A DNA stretch of 57,799 nt, counting the filler, from Sphacelaria rigidula (lineage: Eukaryota): the NCBI GenBank assembly GCA_964200075.2. It is 7 parts of 7 records of this genome, joined end to end, with 100 filler letters (N's around TTAATTAATTAA, not from the genome) between each part and the next. Parts side by side here need not be neighbours in the genome. Positions count along the whole stretch, not along the records: positions 8,273 to 16,444 come from CAXNAA020012038.1; positions 16,545 to 24,716 come from CAXNAA020012039.1; 5 more parts are not named here. One strand, written 5' to 3'. A program made the position numbers and the translations under genes. The notes beneath the pieces were generated by a model. The model searched no databases, was not told where the DNA came from, and was given only the letters and a program-made list of their open reading frames with translations. Below are positions 10,640 through 24,150 of this stretch, piece after piece (positions within the stretch are counted from its first letter, which is position 1; the number at the start of each line of letters is the position of its first letter).

Positions 10640-11790
10640 AACACACGACACCGAGTTGATTGGATTGAATGCAGGCAACGAGAACGAAAAACATAGATGA
10701 GCACAGTCGGATCACAGGGCGTTGGTTAACAGCAACGGCTAGCAGTACGTCCACTCCGGGGTATTGATCAGCAAACATAGGAGGGACTTGTTCGGATCCA
10801 ATTCGTGTACGAATTACTCGCAATCGCGACGTTTCAGTGGAAACGCACACACACACAATCCACACCTCAACAGCTGCGGACAAGTATACCGAGAGGGTGT
10901 AGCTCTAAAGCGTGACCGATCGACCGCCGCCACAGGCCTGACGCTGACACAATACAAGCATGCCCCTAAAAGATTAAAAAAAGCGCGGGAACAAGTGTAA
11001 TTTGACAGACACATACACAACCGCCTAAACACCGAATGGGTCGCGGTAGTAATGCGAATGTGGCTTTTCCCCGCATGTACACGGGGCGCGCGACAAGCTC
11101 TCGTAGCCCCCGACATGAGAGATGCTGCCGTTCGCGCAAAGTGTGTAAAACGTCAAATAACAACCGAAATTCACGCTTCGTCGCTACAACGCTTCGAAGC
11201 ACGCAGGGGGCATACAGTACAGTACCTGCAATTTTGGGTTGAACACCACAGGTCCAATGTCGACGAGCACGATCTCCACTGCGCTTCGTATGGCTTTTAT
11301 GACTCGACCATCGTTCACGCGTACTCGCAACTTTCCCGTTCCGCGCTCGTGCACACAATCCAAGACCTGTCGGTTGTGATCCACACTTGTTCCGTCGGCT
11401 GTAAGCAGAATGGGAACACACGAGCAACATAGTACAGTACACGGTCGACGTTATTCACAGGTAGAAAGGCAATCCAACATAAGGTACGAAAGGTCGAGAA
11501 AGCACACGCGCGCACACTTCGGTCGTGATACAAAACACTGTGGAAGGTAGCATGGACATGAGCCAGCATACGCAACAAATGGGCGCGTAGGACTCACTGA
11601 GTTGGGCCGTCGGATATTAAAGGCAGCCTGATAAAAGTGCAATCGGTGGGCAGCACGCTCGTAGTGGCCAACGGCACTTACAGGAAGACCTTTTGCACTT
11701 GTGAGGTGTTTGGTGTGACCGTGGCGCGCTTCCTCGCAGTGCACCGTTTTATAGCGGAGCAAGGCAAGTGTCACGAAAGATCTTGATGGG
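10640..11790 (+). pseudogene. Possible heavily degraded Mutator/MULE transposase
   Basis: Fragments in shifting frames: RMWLFPAC..DAA, FVATTL..VPAILG, and SWIM-like KTFCTCEVFGVT; many stops. Confidence 0.3.
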
Positions 11791-12297
11791 TTGAGCAGAC
11801 GACGTACCCGAGTGGGGCGCTGCATCGCCGTGCTATTCATTTTTCATTCAGACGTCGCCCGCTGGTGTACAGCTCCATCTGAACCTTCTCTCTCTGAATC
11901 TCAGCCCCACGTCTCAACTATAGAGCTTACAATATAGAGCTGCGGAGCCGTTTTGGCTCGACTGAACACTGGCTACAGTACAGGTTCCCGGACCGTTTCT
12001 GTTTGTACTCTGTACTGAACCGTACTAACTCCTACTACATGCTGGAGAATCTACGTATGAGATTCATGTCCAATACATAATCTGCACAGACCTTTCCTTG
12101 TGCGATAGTGGAAGTCGACAGTCCCTCACCACATGAATGGGTTAAGTGTGAATACACCCAACATACAGAAGTGGTGCACCGTACTGCAACGGATTCTTGG
12201 CTACTGTATACAGCAAACCAAAAATGTACGGCTTACAGGCACGGTCATGCGACATCATCGTGACGTTCAGTAGCGCTACACACTCGTACAGTCATGG

Positions 12298-14865
12298 CTA
12301 CGCCTGACCCCCCAAAGTGGGCAAAAAAAGTGTCACCGACCCAAATCACGAACAGACACGAACAGACCGACTTTTGCGGCTTATCCGGGCTCATGGGGTA
12401 AGATGCGCCTCATGTCATCGGAAGAGAACGACATAAATCCAAACTTCACAGCGAGAAAAAGCGAGCTGCATTATAAAACCAGAACCCCAACATGGCTGTC
12501 ACTGGCATTCCAGCGTATCAAGCGCGGACGGAACACGACGCAGTGGCATACAAAATATGAGGAACAACGGAAACCATGGGTGGAGGGGAAAATGAATGCA
12601 CCGGGGAAGCAAAAGCAAACGCAAGGCAGCAGACACTTAGACGCTGTCAGCCCCGTCTTGAATCGTAGCCTATATCTCGTCGTCCCAGCAGTCGCAGTAG
12701 CGTACGTCGCACGCCAATCGCTCTACCCACGTGTTAGCGAGTGGCGTCTATCACTTTGGTCACACTAACAACACGTCAGACAACGCCGCTATCTTCGCGC
12801 AGTCGCTCCCGAGAGGTTTGCAAAAGCAGGACGCTCAAGCACCAGCAAGACTAAGTGCCCCTGCACCTGTCCCAGACGAACCCTCAGCCACCCATATATT
12901 TGCGGTACGTGCGGGTTGTCTTTTGCATAGTCTGCACATTTCCATCACAAGAGGGTTGGAGAGCGCTGTTTTCATGAGGCCGCGCGGCAAGGAATCCTGG
13001 CATCAGTGGGACCACCAGCATTTTCTCGCCTTGCTTGAACAAGCTTAGACCGTAGCGAGTCGGATTCATCAGACGGGACATCATCCCAAAGCGATGTCGA
13101 GGGATGAGGGTCCAAGGCGTGCTTTTTCGGTTAGGGGTACGACGATGCAATGGTTCGTGGTGTGTCCGTGCTGTTTGCGTAGAATTTGGACATGAAGGTA
13201 ATCAAACAATTTGGGGGGGGGGGGCGGGGGGGGGATTGAAATTGGACCCACATCATGTACTCAACATGCGACAGAGCCATATGTACCGATGAACTTCAAC
13301 GAGGACCTTGACAGACGAGTGAAGTACAGTCGCCGGGTGTGTGACATGGACTGGGCGGATGTTGGTTGACCATCTCGTCATGTATTGAGGAGCGTGATTG
13401 ATCGCAATTTTCGACGGATGGATGACTCGTCTTGTGCAAGTGAATTCGTTATTCCGTGGGCATGGGTTTTCATTTCATGAACATGATACGTAATCGGACT
13501 TCAAAGATTTTTGCGTTCCAAGAGGGAATGGAAACATACCGGTCGTCACTTGCGTGACCCACACATGCGTGTCTTAAGACGCGTGGGTCAACTGAAAGAA
13601 TTGAATTGGGCATCGGTGCCATGTGGCTTCATCGAAAGTGGGCCGACTGATTGATGCTGTGTTTTGTGCCGTCTTGATGACGCAGTATAGTTCATCATTC
13701 GGGAGGTTAAGCCAATTCAACTTGACTTTAGTGTGGACACCAAAATCCGGATCTTCAATGGGGGCTGTGGCCCTAGCGTGCTCCTAATGCGCGCAGAATG
13801 TCTTTTTCGTCTGAATCGGCGCCTGGTTCCAGGTCCGGCAATGCACACTTCGCCTAAGATACACTTTGCACCCCCCTTGCCCGAGGGTCCTCGGTATGCG
13901 TTCGTTGGGTTTACGGATAGGGTTAGGGTTAGGGTTAGGGTTAGGGTTTGTTCGCTTCGTTGCTGCAAGGTCGTGAATATTGTTGCTTTCTTTCGTGCCA
14001 CCCATGATTGACGGCTGTTGGAGTGTTGCCATTGCATTCAAGATACTGCTCGTCGCTTCTCTTCCAGATTTTTCGCCTCATCAGCTCGCTCCATGGCTTT
14101 CTATTCCCCGTCAGTTTGCCCATACTTGCGGCCAGGTGACATTACTTACTAAGGTGCGCTATCGATGGTGGCGTGGTGACTGCACAGGTTGCAGGAGAAC
14201 GAGCGCTACTCTTGCCACCGACACGAGCGATGCACAGACGGGCGTATATGTCTCGCAGACAGAGCCTATGGGGGGTCGATCGAAGGTTCAAATATACACC
14301 TGTCGAATATTCCACATATCCGATGTATCAGCCATCTGCACCATTAAAAGCCATTCATGGGTGTCATCTATTCTGAGCCCGTTGGACAGGGATGAGGTTT
14401 TCGCGTGTCGTGGAACCTGGTGAGGGTTGGAGGCGCTTGTTTGCGCTTGATGCGCTCATAGCCCAAACCGTTTCCCAAAATACTCATCGCCAAAGCAATC
14501 GATTGAGATACGGTTTTTTGCATCATCTGCGCCAAAACGACAGCTACAACTTGACAACAGGGTTTTTTTTTCCACCTCACCAGGATCCGAGTTTTATAAC
14601 GAGTTCAGTGGGGGGGGGGGAACAAAAGTGATTTTCTCGGCACTGTAGCTTGGACAAATACATGCTGGTGAGTAGCCGAGGCAATCCGTGGTTCGTGGTC
14701 TGGGAAGAGAAAAATGGGAAACCGTGAAGTGGAAACCCCACTCAAATCAAAAGTACTTCAAGTTGTCAACGGCGTGCATTAGCAGGGGATGAACAAGATC
14801 TCGGGTATCTTCGTGTTTTGGTTAGTGACACTTTTTTTGCCCATTTGGGGGGGGGTTAGGCGCAG
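12298..14865 (+). mobile_element. ~2.6 kb TIR DNA transposon with decayed hAT-like transposase
   Basis: ~55-bp TIRs CTACGCCTGACCCCCAAAGTGGGCAAAAAAAGTGTCAC / GTGACACTTTTTTTGCCCATTTGGGGGGGGGTTAGGCGCAG; internal relics ICGTCG, LFRLGVRR, IAIFDGWMTRL, YRWW; no clear TSD. Confidence 0.65.
13918..13948 (+). repeat. Interstitial telomeric repeat (TTAGGG)~5 inside a dispersed repeat
   Basis: TAGGG(TTAGGG)4TT; the same flanks recur around GGGTTAGGGTTAGGGTT at ~31485-31502. Confidence 0.9.
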
Positions 14866-15103
14866 ACCCAACAGTGCAACATCGTATTTACGTGGAACCC
14901 TCTCCTTTTCTTGTATCACATATTAGCGCAACACTCGTCTGGGTATACCTGCCGTAGATTATTAGTTCATTAGTTCACTAGACCGCTTCGAATTTCAGTT
15001 GCTTCTTCCGACAGAGAGGACTCTTGACTACCGACTGTTGACCATTGACCAGTGACTATTGACTAGTGACTGTTCTCTACTGGCTATTGGCTATTTGACT
15101 CAC

Positions 15104-15200
15104 CAGATTCGAAGGTGAAAACGAACTTGAAATGAGCCACCTCGCCGCGGTCGCCTTCGTTTCGAGCGAACGAGTCTACCCTGAACCCTCGACGTAACAC
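15104..15200 (-). CDS. Exon of an unknown protein
   Basis: TTCAG| and G|GTGAGT, phase 0/1; encodes VLRRGFRVDSFARNEGDRGEVAHFKFVFTFES. Confidence 0.65.
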
Positions 15201-15899
15201 CTGAAGACCAACACCATATCATATGTCATCAGCAGATACTTTTAGCCTGCAACGTTGCAATAACATGCCTGCGGAAGGGGGCTACGAGGTATATCCAGCA
15301 CAGCATCTGATCACATATTCATCGCGCAGACAAAAGGCAACAAAACGACACATACCGCATACCGTACACACAAACACGGCGAACCGTGTCGCGGTATAGC
15401 GACGAACTTTCAATACCAAAGATCCACTCATGGGACACCTGCACATAAAATACAACCAAAAAAACGACGTAGAGCTGCAGGTGTATGAATTACGTCACGT
15501 CCATGTGTCTCGTGAGCAGAATTGGGGGTGAAATCGTCGTGAACATTGGCAACTGCTTGGGTGGGCGGGTACTGCGCTTCAAGCTGAACGAATCGAGCTA
15601 GCTCATTTCTCGTTAGCCATTTTTCCGGACTCGCCCCCTTTTCCGGACACGCCAAATCACGTAAATATGGGGGGTGGTGTACTCCTGATCATGCATGCCA
15701 TAGTCATAAGACCATTGACCTCGCTTTAGGGGGGGGTTATCAATATAAACTCCAGCAAGCGATAACCGACTGTCGTTTCACAAGTTTCACGAGTTTCACG
15801 AGTCCAATCAATCAACCACATCACAGCATATATGAAGGCAATCAGCATTTCCAAGCATTGAATATCCAATGACGATCGAATGAACGTTCAGTTTCGCAC

Positions 15900-16212
15900 C
15901 GGCTGCCCGTCTTGAGTCTCCGACGGCGACTTCGAGGACGAACTATCCATGCTTCGGGGAGTGCTCAACTCCGACCCTGCACGCTTCAATGTCTCAGATG
16001 TTGCGTGCTTGGGTGTTCGCTGTTTGTCTGCCACAACGGCCTCCCCCACCGTAGCACGAACGTCCATCCTGCCCACGTGCTCGTACGCGACCCTGTTCTT
16101 CTTCTTTCGCTCTTTTCTCGCCGCCCTTTCCTCCGGTGTTTCCGTCCTTCCTGCCTCTTCTTTGCCTCGTTTCTCCGCTTTTTTGTCTTCACCTCTTTGC
16201 CTCACGATTGGC
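15900..16212 (-). CDS. Exon of an unknown protein (charged, Lys/Arg/Glu-rich)
   Basis: CACAG| and CCG|GTGCGA, phase 2/0; open frame PIVRQRGEDKKAEKRGKEE...QDGQP. Confidence 0.65.
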
Positions 16213-16972
16213 CTGTGCGTCGCGAGTATAACCGCGGACACAGCGATCGATTGACATCATGATGAATATGTCAACACCCAAAACACGACAATGAAGTACC
16301 ATCGTCGTTGTCAAATGTATACCGTGAAGTGAAACGCGCGACAGGTGGAACCGGGAGAGGGAGACGGAGAGGGAGGTGGGGGGGGGAGGGCGTACTCATT
16401 TGTTGCTTGCCTTAGTCGTTTGACCATTGACCACGCATCCCTTTNNNNNNNNNNNNNNNNNNNNNNNNNNNNNNNNNNNNNNNNNNNNTTAATTAATTAA
16501 NNNNNNNNNNNNNNNNNNNNNNNNNNNNNNNNNNNNNNNNNNNNTTTTCTTCCTTTTTTTTTTTTTTTTTCTTTTTTTTTTTTTTCCTTAGAGCGTGTTT
16601 GAATTTCGTTTTTCTTGGGTACGTCCATCATGAGACCACGGGGTCGAAGTAGTCAAACGATACGAAGTGGCCAGGAGCGTTTGGAACACGGCTGGACCCC
16701 TGGGGGATCAGTTAAAGTGCGACAATCAGTCAATCAATCGATATTTTGCAGTGAGTAGCACCTGACTTGCCATGTTTGTTCACACGGATAACCCTACATA
16801 GTACGTGAAGTGTAGCGCACATGCCGCCCGTCCTCCAAAGTCATGGCCACGTAGACGACGTGTTTGTCAGCCTGCACGGCGCATGCCTTCTGTGCGGACG
16901 ACGAAACGTGTGGCAGAGCAAACCGTGCCTGAACTCGTCGCCCATTTCGTCCGGCGTTTTCTGGCGTTGCAG

Positions 16973-17141
16973 GTGACCGTGGTGGGCACAGAGAGGCAGT
17001 GCCGGGAGGCGTGGGCCATCGTTCAATTGGTTGTGGAGAGGTATCCCATCTTGAAGGCGTACAGGGAAGCCGTGGATGAATACGTAAGGAAGAACCCGCT
17101 GCCAGCCAATAAAGATTCGAACAGCGACGGGTCGAGAACAG
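16973..17141 (+). CDS. Exon encoding the C-terminal part of a KH-like domain
   Basis: TTGCAG| acceptor; VTVVGTERQCREAWAIVQLVV resembles the KH beta3-alpha3 motif; donor AG|GCGAGT (GC type), phase 1. Confidence 0.7.
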
Positions 17142-17717
17142 GCGAGTGAAGTCCCAATTGGACGTAACCTTGCGGTATATCTCACTGTCAGGAGCACTGC
17201 TGTGCCATATAGATTTGTGACGAAGTCGCCCGCAGTCCGTGTGCGCCACATTTTGTTTACGACCCAATGAAGAGCTTCCCGATGTTTTTGATGGGAAGTA
17301 ACAGCGCGGGTGGGGCATGCGCCGTATGCAGTAGCAGATCATGTGTTCATCTTTTCCTGTCTATCAACGCATTGTAAGGAGTGCCGGGGTTGACTTACCT
17401 TCGGTACACCTGCCTTCCGATCACGCCTGGGTCCGCTGCGGATGAGATGGTGTTTCATGTCAGATTATCAAATTATCAAATCCATCGCGTGAAAGTGGAC
17501 ACATGGCAACTGCATCCTGATACAATCCGTACTTGTGTCTGTACTGTAGGTGAAGACAGGTAAAGACAGGTACACCTTTTCTCGTAACTGTTGTGCATAC
17601 ACCCGGCGAAAGTCGCATTATTGAGACAGGTGCGTATGTCCTTGGAGGCACACAAGCTCTCGCCAATCTGCCTCAAGCTAGCGTCATTGCCTCGACCATT
17701 GCCGTCCATATGTACAG

Positions 17718-20700
17718 GCAGCACCGCGGCTGCCGCAGCATCCCTGGCGCCTCACGTCGCCCCGAGCAGCAGCGCTCCGACGGCGCCGACAGAAGCGGCG
17801 GCAGCGACGGATACGGTGGCGTCGGCCGCCTCGCTGCCGTCGTTGAAAGAGGGCAATGTCTCGAAACCCGGCGGTAGTCTTGTGTCCGCGGCTACGCCAG
17901 GTGCTGACGCTGCAGATGGTGTGCCGGCGCGGAGGAAAGGTCTTGCGTTTGGGCAGGGTATCGCACGCGGGTTCAAGCCGGTGTCGCCTCGTCCCATGTT
18001 GCAAGTCAAGATTGACACCCCCGCGCTTGCTCCCGCCGCGGCTGAGTGGGTAGAAGACGGCTGGGGTTTGCCTCGCGGGGAAGACGATCAGAAGGAGAAG
18101 CACGTGAAGGCATCGGACGTCGGCAAAGGAGAACAAGGATTGGACAGCTCAGGGCCGGCAGAGCCGTCGCCAGGGTCGCTCTCACTCTCCTCCGCTGGCC
18201 TCAGACCAGATGTAGGTGGAGAGCCTGGTGTAGAGAAGAAAAATCGCGGAAAGGGTGACGGTGGCCGCGCCGGCGGTGATACTGCTTCGTCGCGAAAGTT
18301 GGCCAAGAGGGACAACTCCGGTGTTGGTAGGTCCAAGAGCCATTCCGGTCCTTCGGGGCGGGATATCGGTGGTAAGAGACCAACCGTTGCGAAATCTACG
18401 ACCGTGAGCAAGAGTTCTAAGAAGGGGAGCAAGGGAAAGAAGCGGGTGGATGGTACGCAAAGGAAGCCATCGACCGGAGCGAAAGCTGGTGGTGGTAGTA
18501 ACAACAGTTATAAGGGACGCGATGGTGAAATGCTTACTACAACGACGGCGCGGTCTTCTGCAGAGTCGGGCAAGCCAAAGAAGAATTCAGGAAAGGGGGC
18601 AGTAGGTGAGAAGGAAACCGACAGGGGTAGTTCCAAATCTAGCCGTCAGGGCGAAGTCCCGGGTGGTGCGGCCGGGGGAAACGGCACAGATCACGACAGG
18701 TCGACTCGCAAGAAGAACCAGAGCAGACCGACGGCAACGCCGGTGATGGCGGCAAAGTTGAAGACGGAGGCATCTCTGGGTTCCAAACCCAAGGTTGCCA
18801 AAAACAAGGTAGCCGACACTGCGACCGCCGGGACGGCGGGGGTAGAAAAAGCTGGACTTGTGAAGAAAAAGTCGGGATCCGAAACACACAAGACGAGATC
18901 GAAGGTTCCAGAAGCTACCTACAAGTCCTCGCAGGAGAAAGCGACTGAAACGAAGTCTGCTACGTCTTCGAACAAAACGCCGAAGCAAAGCGGCAAGAAG
19001 AAGAAGGAAGGGAAAAGGTTACCCTCCAGGACGATAGCGGCGGCACCCGCGCAAAAGACCGCAGAGAAGCGCGATGGCAGGAACCCATCCTCGATATCAG
19101 GCACCAACAGCGAGAGCACTGTGAATGTTGTTGCTGACAGAGGATCTTCAAAAGACAAGGCTGCCGGCGACGCCGGCACGGAGAAAGTAGCTACAGCTGT
19201 GGTATATGAGCAACCCGTTGTAAAGATGGAGGTGTCCGAAGCCACCGTCTCAGACAAGTCAACTTCGGGACACAGCAGTGGTGGCGTTGAAGGCAAGGGT
19301 CAGACAGTAACGATTGCTGCATTAGCAGCTGCGGTTGCAAAGCGATTGGCTGCTGCCGCCGCCTCTGGGGTCAAGCCCGAGAATCTTGTTGTACGACGGA
19401 AGAAGCCGGACCCCTCCGTCGCTACCGCCACTTTCGCCAGGCAAACTGCCGCCGCCCTGAAGCTTCCGCTCCCGCACATTGGCGTACAACCGACGGCGAC
19501 GACAAGCCCCGCACCTGGTCCACTTGATCTGAGCAACGAGAAGCCGGGCGAGCTGAGGGGTGCGATCGCGGCCAGCGATGGTAACGAAGCGGCCAGTACT
19601 CGCGGTCCGGACGATAACGCAGGGGGCAGCGACGGGGGTAGCAGAGAGACGTCCGTTGCACGGAAATCGTCTTTCTCGGTAGATAGCCATGACCGCCACG
19701 GAAGAACCGGCGCATCGACGAGCCGAAACAAATCGATGTCCCCGCCAGCGTTGCCAGCTCGTGAAGACGACAGATTGGATCGCGAAGCAGGCAGAGGTAG
19801 GAATAGGCGCGAGAGCGGTGACCCCAGTGGAGGCGGCGGCGGCTCGGCAGCGAGACGGAAACGACCGCGCGAACGTAGCAGTGATGGCGGCAGAAAGCGG
19901 CGCAATGATACCACCAATAGCGCGCGCCGATCCAGGAGCCCCTCCGCTCGCTCACGGCAAGACGACAGGGCATCTCTGGGTAGAAGAGCACGCAGCAAGG
20001 ATCGCCGGGTACGGCGAAAACGTCGTGATAACTGGACAGGCTCGGGTAGAACTCGCAGTTCCTCCAACACCCGAAGCTCTATCCCGAGGGTAAGGAGTTC
20101 GAAGAGGAGGCACTGTGACCGAGACAGCCGGGACAGGCGACCGCGAAGCAGCTCGGACAGACAGCGGCACGGTCGTAGCCGGTCCGACAGCCGCGGCCAG
20201 GAGAAGAAGAGGGCCGCTGACCGTCGGTGCTACTCGCGAACCGGCAGATCTAAATCAATGGACAGCAGCAGGGGAGCATCACGCAGGACCCGCAACCGCC
20301 TGAGAAAGCGCACCAAAAGCCGAAATATCTCGCCATCGAAGTCTAGGTCCAGGTCCAGGCGCAGGGACAGGGACGGGGGACGGTACAGTCGCTCAAGGGA
20401 GCGCAGAAGAACCCGTAGTGTCTCGCGATCGAATTCTCGGGATGGGTCTAGCGACAGCGACAACCGCTCAAGGGAGCGCAGTACGAGCGGTATCGGTATC
20501 ATTTCGCCATCGAGGTCTAGGGACAGGGATAGGTACAGGGCGGTGGGGAGGCGCCGTTACGATGACAGGAAGGCGAAAGACCGGTCGCCTGGCGTGAGGG
20601 GAAAGGGAGGGGTGACGAAGACCCGCAAGCACCACCTGGAGAGTAAGCGAGATGATTCTGATTCTTATGATAGGTCCTCTACTTCGTCATTGGCGTCGTC

Positions 20701-20848
20701 TCTCTGCGGGCGTGGGCTAAAGGCCGGGCGTGAGAGAAATCAGGACGGCGGCGGCGACGGCGGTGGCGAATCGGAGCGGGGAGCGGAGGCGAAAAGGGAG
20801 GAGGGTGGGCGGGGCCGTAGCGAAACGCGCAGCGCCAGCGAGTCGTAG
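17718..20848 (+). CDS. Large terminal exon: disordered Ala/Lys/Ser-rich region plus Arg/Ser-rich C-terminus (KH + RS-like putative RNA-binding protein)
   Basis: Stop-free frame of >1000 codons (ORF 17591-20848); acceptor TACAG| at 17717, phase 1, matches the upstream exon; RSRS/RDRD repeats; TAG at 20846-20848. Confidence 0.88.
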
Positions 20849-23499
20849 GCTCATTTAGACTTCGTGGCGATATTTTGTGTTTGTTTTTGTTCAGCGTGAT
20901 ATTTAGTTACCGTGAGAAGGAAGCGCGGGCATAGATCCCGGCAGTTTCTCCGAGGTTGTATTCCTTCCACCGTCGGACGGTGTTGGTGCCATCGACTGTG
21001 CTGAACTGAGATGGTGCGGGCATCGTTTTTATTTAGACACTTGGATCTTGTGAGCTGTATCACATTAGATGGCGTAGCACGATACATTGTCGAGGTATTT
21101 ACTATTCGCGGCGACTGACCTAGCCGGACCTGGAGCACGTCGTCGTGCCGCAACCGTAATTACACGCGATTAGGCTATTCGCTTTGCAAAGGGTTAGAGT
21201 GCGGTGTGACTGAACTTCGATAAAGCCCTATTTTCCTGAGGTAACTTCTTGCCGTGGAGGCTGTTGAGCGAAAAACAGGGGAGCGAACATTTTGTCCCGG
21301 GTCAGGCCATGATTATTACTCTAAGCGGTATGTGATGGTGAATGATGTTCTCTTCATTTTTTTATCTTTGTTTTAATCGTATGATGTGTGCATGTGTGTG
21401 TTCATGCATGATGCACAATACAGGCAGAAAGCAGAAAACATAAATACACAGTTTACTATTATAGCGTGGCGTTTCCTTCGCAAACCCCTCGTTGTTGCAT
21501 GCACGGAGTATGTATGATTGCGTTGTCAGTGTATCGTACCTCATGCGCTTTTGTCTTCCTTTCTCGTACCCGTGGTCTGCCCGTGCTTTTGCACGGGCTG
21601 CAATTATCGACCATAAAAGGAAGAAAAAAACTCTCACCCGTGGGGCAATGATCGGCTGACCACTGTAATTGTTCGCATCCGCATCACGATTGGGCGTGCC
21701 ACCAAGTGTGTTCCCCGATGTGCGTACTTCTCGTGGAAGTTTGTGGTACGAGTTGCGTAAACGTTCATCGTAGGACCGGCTGGGTGGGTATGGTGGGCAA
21801 ACTCATATTATACCACGGGGAAGTCAAACACCGGCCCAGGGGCGGGGGGGCGGGGGAGCGAACGAGCTTTATCGTTTCGTCGTTCCCTTCATTTTCCACC
21901 CTGTGCGAGTGACGTGTCATATGTTCGCAGATTTTTGCTGCAGGTGGATTTGCTCTTTTCGGAGCGGCACGTGACTACTGTATATGATCGTGTACAGCAT
22001 GCAGTTTACAATAACAAACACTAGGAGACTCCAAGAGGTCAACGTGATGCTTGTGGGTCAAAGACTATTTGTACAGCTGCGACGTTTTTGCAAGTTTTTT
22101 TTTGTTGAAAGTTCATCAAATTCCTGTGGTGAATTGTACCATCGCTCATATAATGCACGTACCTGTCGGTTGTGCGATGTCTACTGCGTGGTGCTTATCT
22201 CGGGGTTTCCACTGCTGTTGACCCCTGTACGCGGGCAGTCTCAAAGTTAAAATGCGCGGTTGACTCTGATGCTGGAAGAAGGAAATGACAGAACAGAGGA
22301 AAGCACTTTCCAGTCGGTCATTGTTCGGAGCATCATCTCTACAGAATTTTGCTGAATGTAAATCTTCTCTGCATCGCTTCGTCGATACATGACTTTCTAG
22401 TCCGGTGTCGGAGCAGGGGGGGGGGGGGGCAGGCTTGATGCAATGTCGTCTATGTCTGCGTATTTAGGCCGGTAGTTTAGGTGGTGCCTTTTTTTCACGA
22501 TCTTTTATGTCTTCAATAATTTGATGTTTTCGCGTGTATGTTGTCGATACTTTATGTATCCTTATCTATTTTTAGATGGGAGAGAGGGGCTGGCTGACAA
22601 AAGATGGCCTCCCTAACAGGGAAATCTTGCAAACGGTTTCGAGTACACGTTGCGATGCATTGAGAGGTCAGGCAGTCGTCTATTTTGGTATGGCGCCAAA
22701 CTCATCCTTTTGGAAGGGAGGGAGGCGCAAGGGTGGAGGGGGGGAGTGAAGGGCCGTATGTAACATGGTGCATGTGTTATACCAGTCTTGAAAGGGCACT
22801 CGTTCTACTGCGGATTTCCATGCACTGCCTTGGGGTACACGCCAACATATTCTCGGCGGGACTGCGTCATGATACCCAAAATAATGGGCATCTCATTGTT
22901 ACAAGTAAGCGTGTTGGACCATCCACCTTTTCAGCACGTTCCACTTGCTAGTGAGGGGGATGATGCGGTGTGGTTTCTGATCGCATAAATTGGTGTAGCT
23001 CTCGACAAGCGCGGATGGCCTTGCCTTCTACAGCTCTGCAGGTTATGAGGGAGTGAAGCAGGGTAGGTTATACTACTGTAGGTGCACGGTGGGTGACGGA
23101 GGAAATGCCGGTGCGTGAAAAAATGTATGTCTCCTGAGCAATGATTGGTATGGATTGTCAGCCACACTGGAGCTAGTGTTCCAGGATTGTTGCAGTTTGT
23201 CCATCGGTTTCCATTTTTTTCGTCTTCTCTGCTCCGGGTGGAAACTGCTGCTTTTGAATTCTGCCTCGTTGGCTGCACTTGTGGTGTCCCCACTGCCTCA
23301 TTTTCTTCTGAGAGTTTGTCGAAGGGTGTGAGAAGACACCGGTGGAAGAAGATGGGCAATTCCAGGATGTACAGTGCGGTAGAGTTCCTCTATCTCTTCT
23401 TTGTTGTATTTGTTCGTGTGTTGTCGGGTGAGATGGCGTGAGGAAGCTTCGTGTTTTAAGAAGACGAGAACGAAGATCATGTAAAAAATGGAGAGAGGA

Positions 23500-24150
23500 A
23501 TGTGGCATGATGTTTTGGCTTAGACCTGTCTGGCGTACAATCTCATGCTCTGGAGCAACAGCACCAATCAAGCACCCTTGAGAGAGAGCCAAGAGAAGGA
23601 GATCTGGCTCACAGCCCACCGGGCTCTCTCTATCTCTCGCTGCTCGTGGAAAACGTCGGCGAAATTACGATAACTGAAGCGCTACCGTCCACGCAATGAA
23701 CATGCCCGCAAATCTTGCTTTGCTGGCGATCGTGCCAAACTTTAGCTGTTTGCCACTGTCGCACCTGCGCCGTTTCCACTCAGGCATCATCAGCATAGCA
23801 CGTGGCACATAAGACGATGTGGCCTCCAAATATTGTCGGCATGACACCGACTTTGTTCGATATTATTCCCTACCGCGCCCCACCCGCCGATCCCCAGACA
23901 AGTCTTCTGTCCGCCCACAAAACACGATGTATTCATATTGTAGTGACGGCACTTTCAGCCGCGCCCGCGTCAATCGAGTCCTTCATGTGCGCGCTTGACA
24001 GCTTCATGTAATTTTACTTCCGAAAGACACGGTGAAGACGGGAAACGGCAACAAGGTGGAGTTCGGCTGTTTGCTAACCCCATGCGAAATAACATACTTA
24101 CTTCGAAGTATATCATAGTATTCGGCACAATGAAACGCATCTATCTGTCG
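23500..24150 (-). pseudogene. Degraded PIF/Harbinger-like transposase
   Basis: Ordered relics in shifting frames: RF.RLHRVFRK, VLWADRRLVWGS, RFAGMF/CVDGS (cf. FRRRFR, L.ALR.LA.G, GFPG..G.+DG). Confidence 0.4.

Noticed and set aside
13918-13948. True chromosome end
   Set aside because: Only about five units, internal to the scaffold and flanked by sequence on both sides.
17684-20502. Many antisense and overlapping ORFs
   Set aside because: Shadow ORFs of the GC-rich low-complexity exon 17718-20848.
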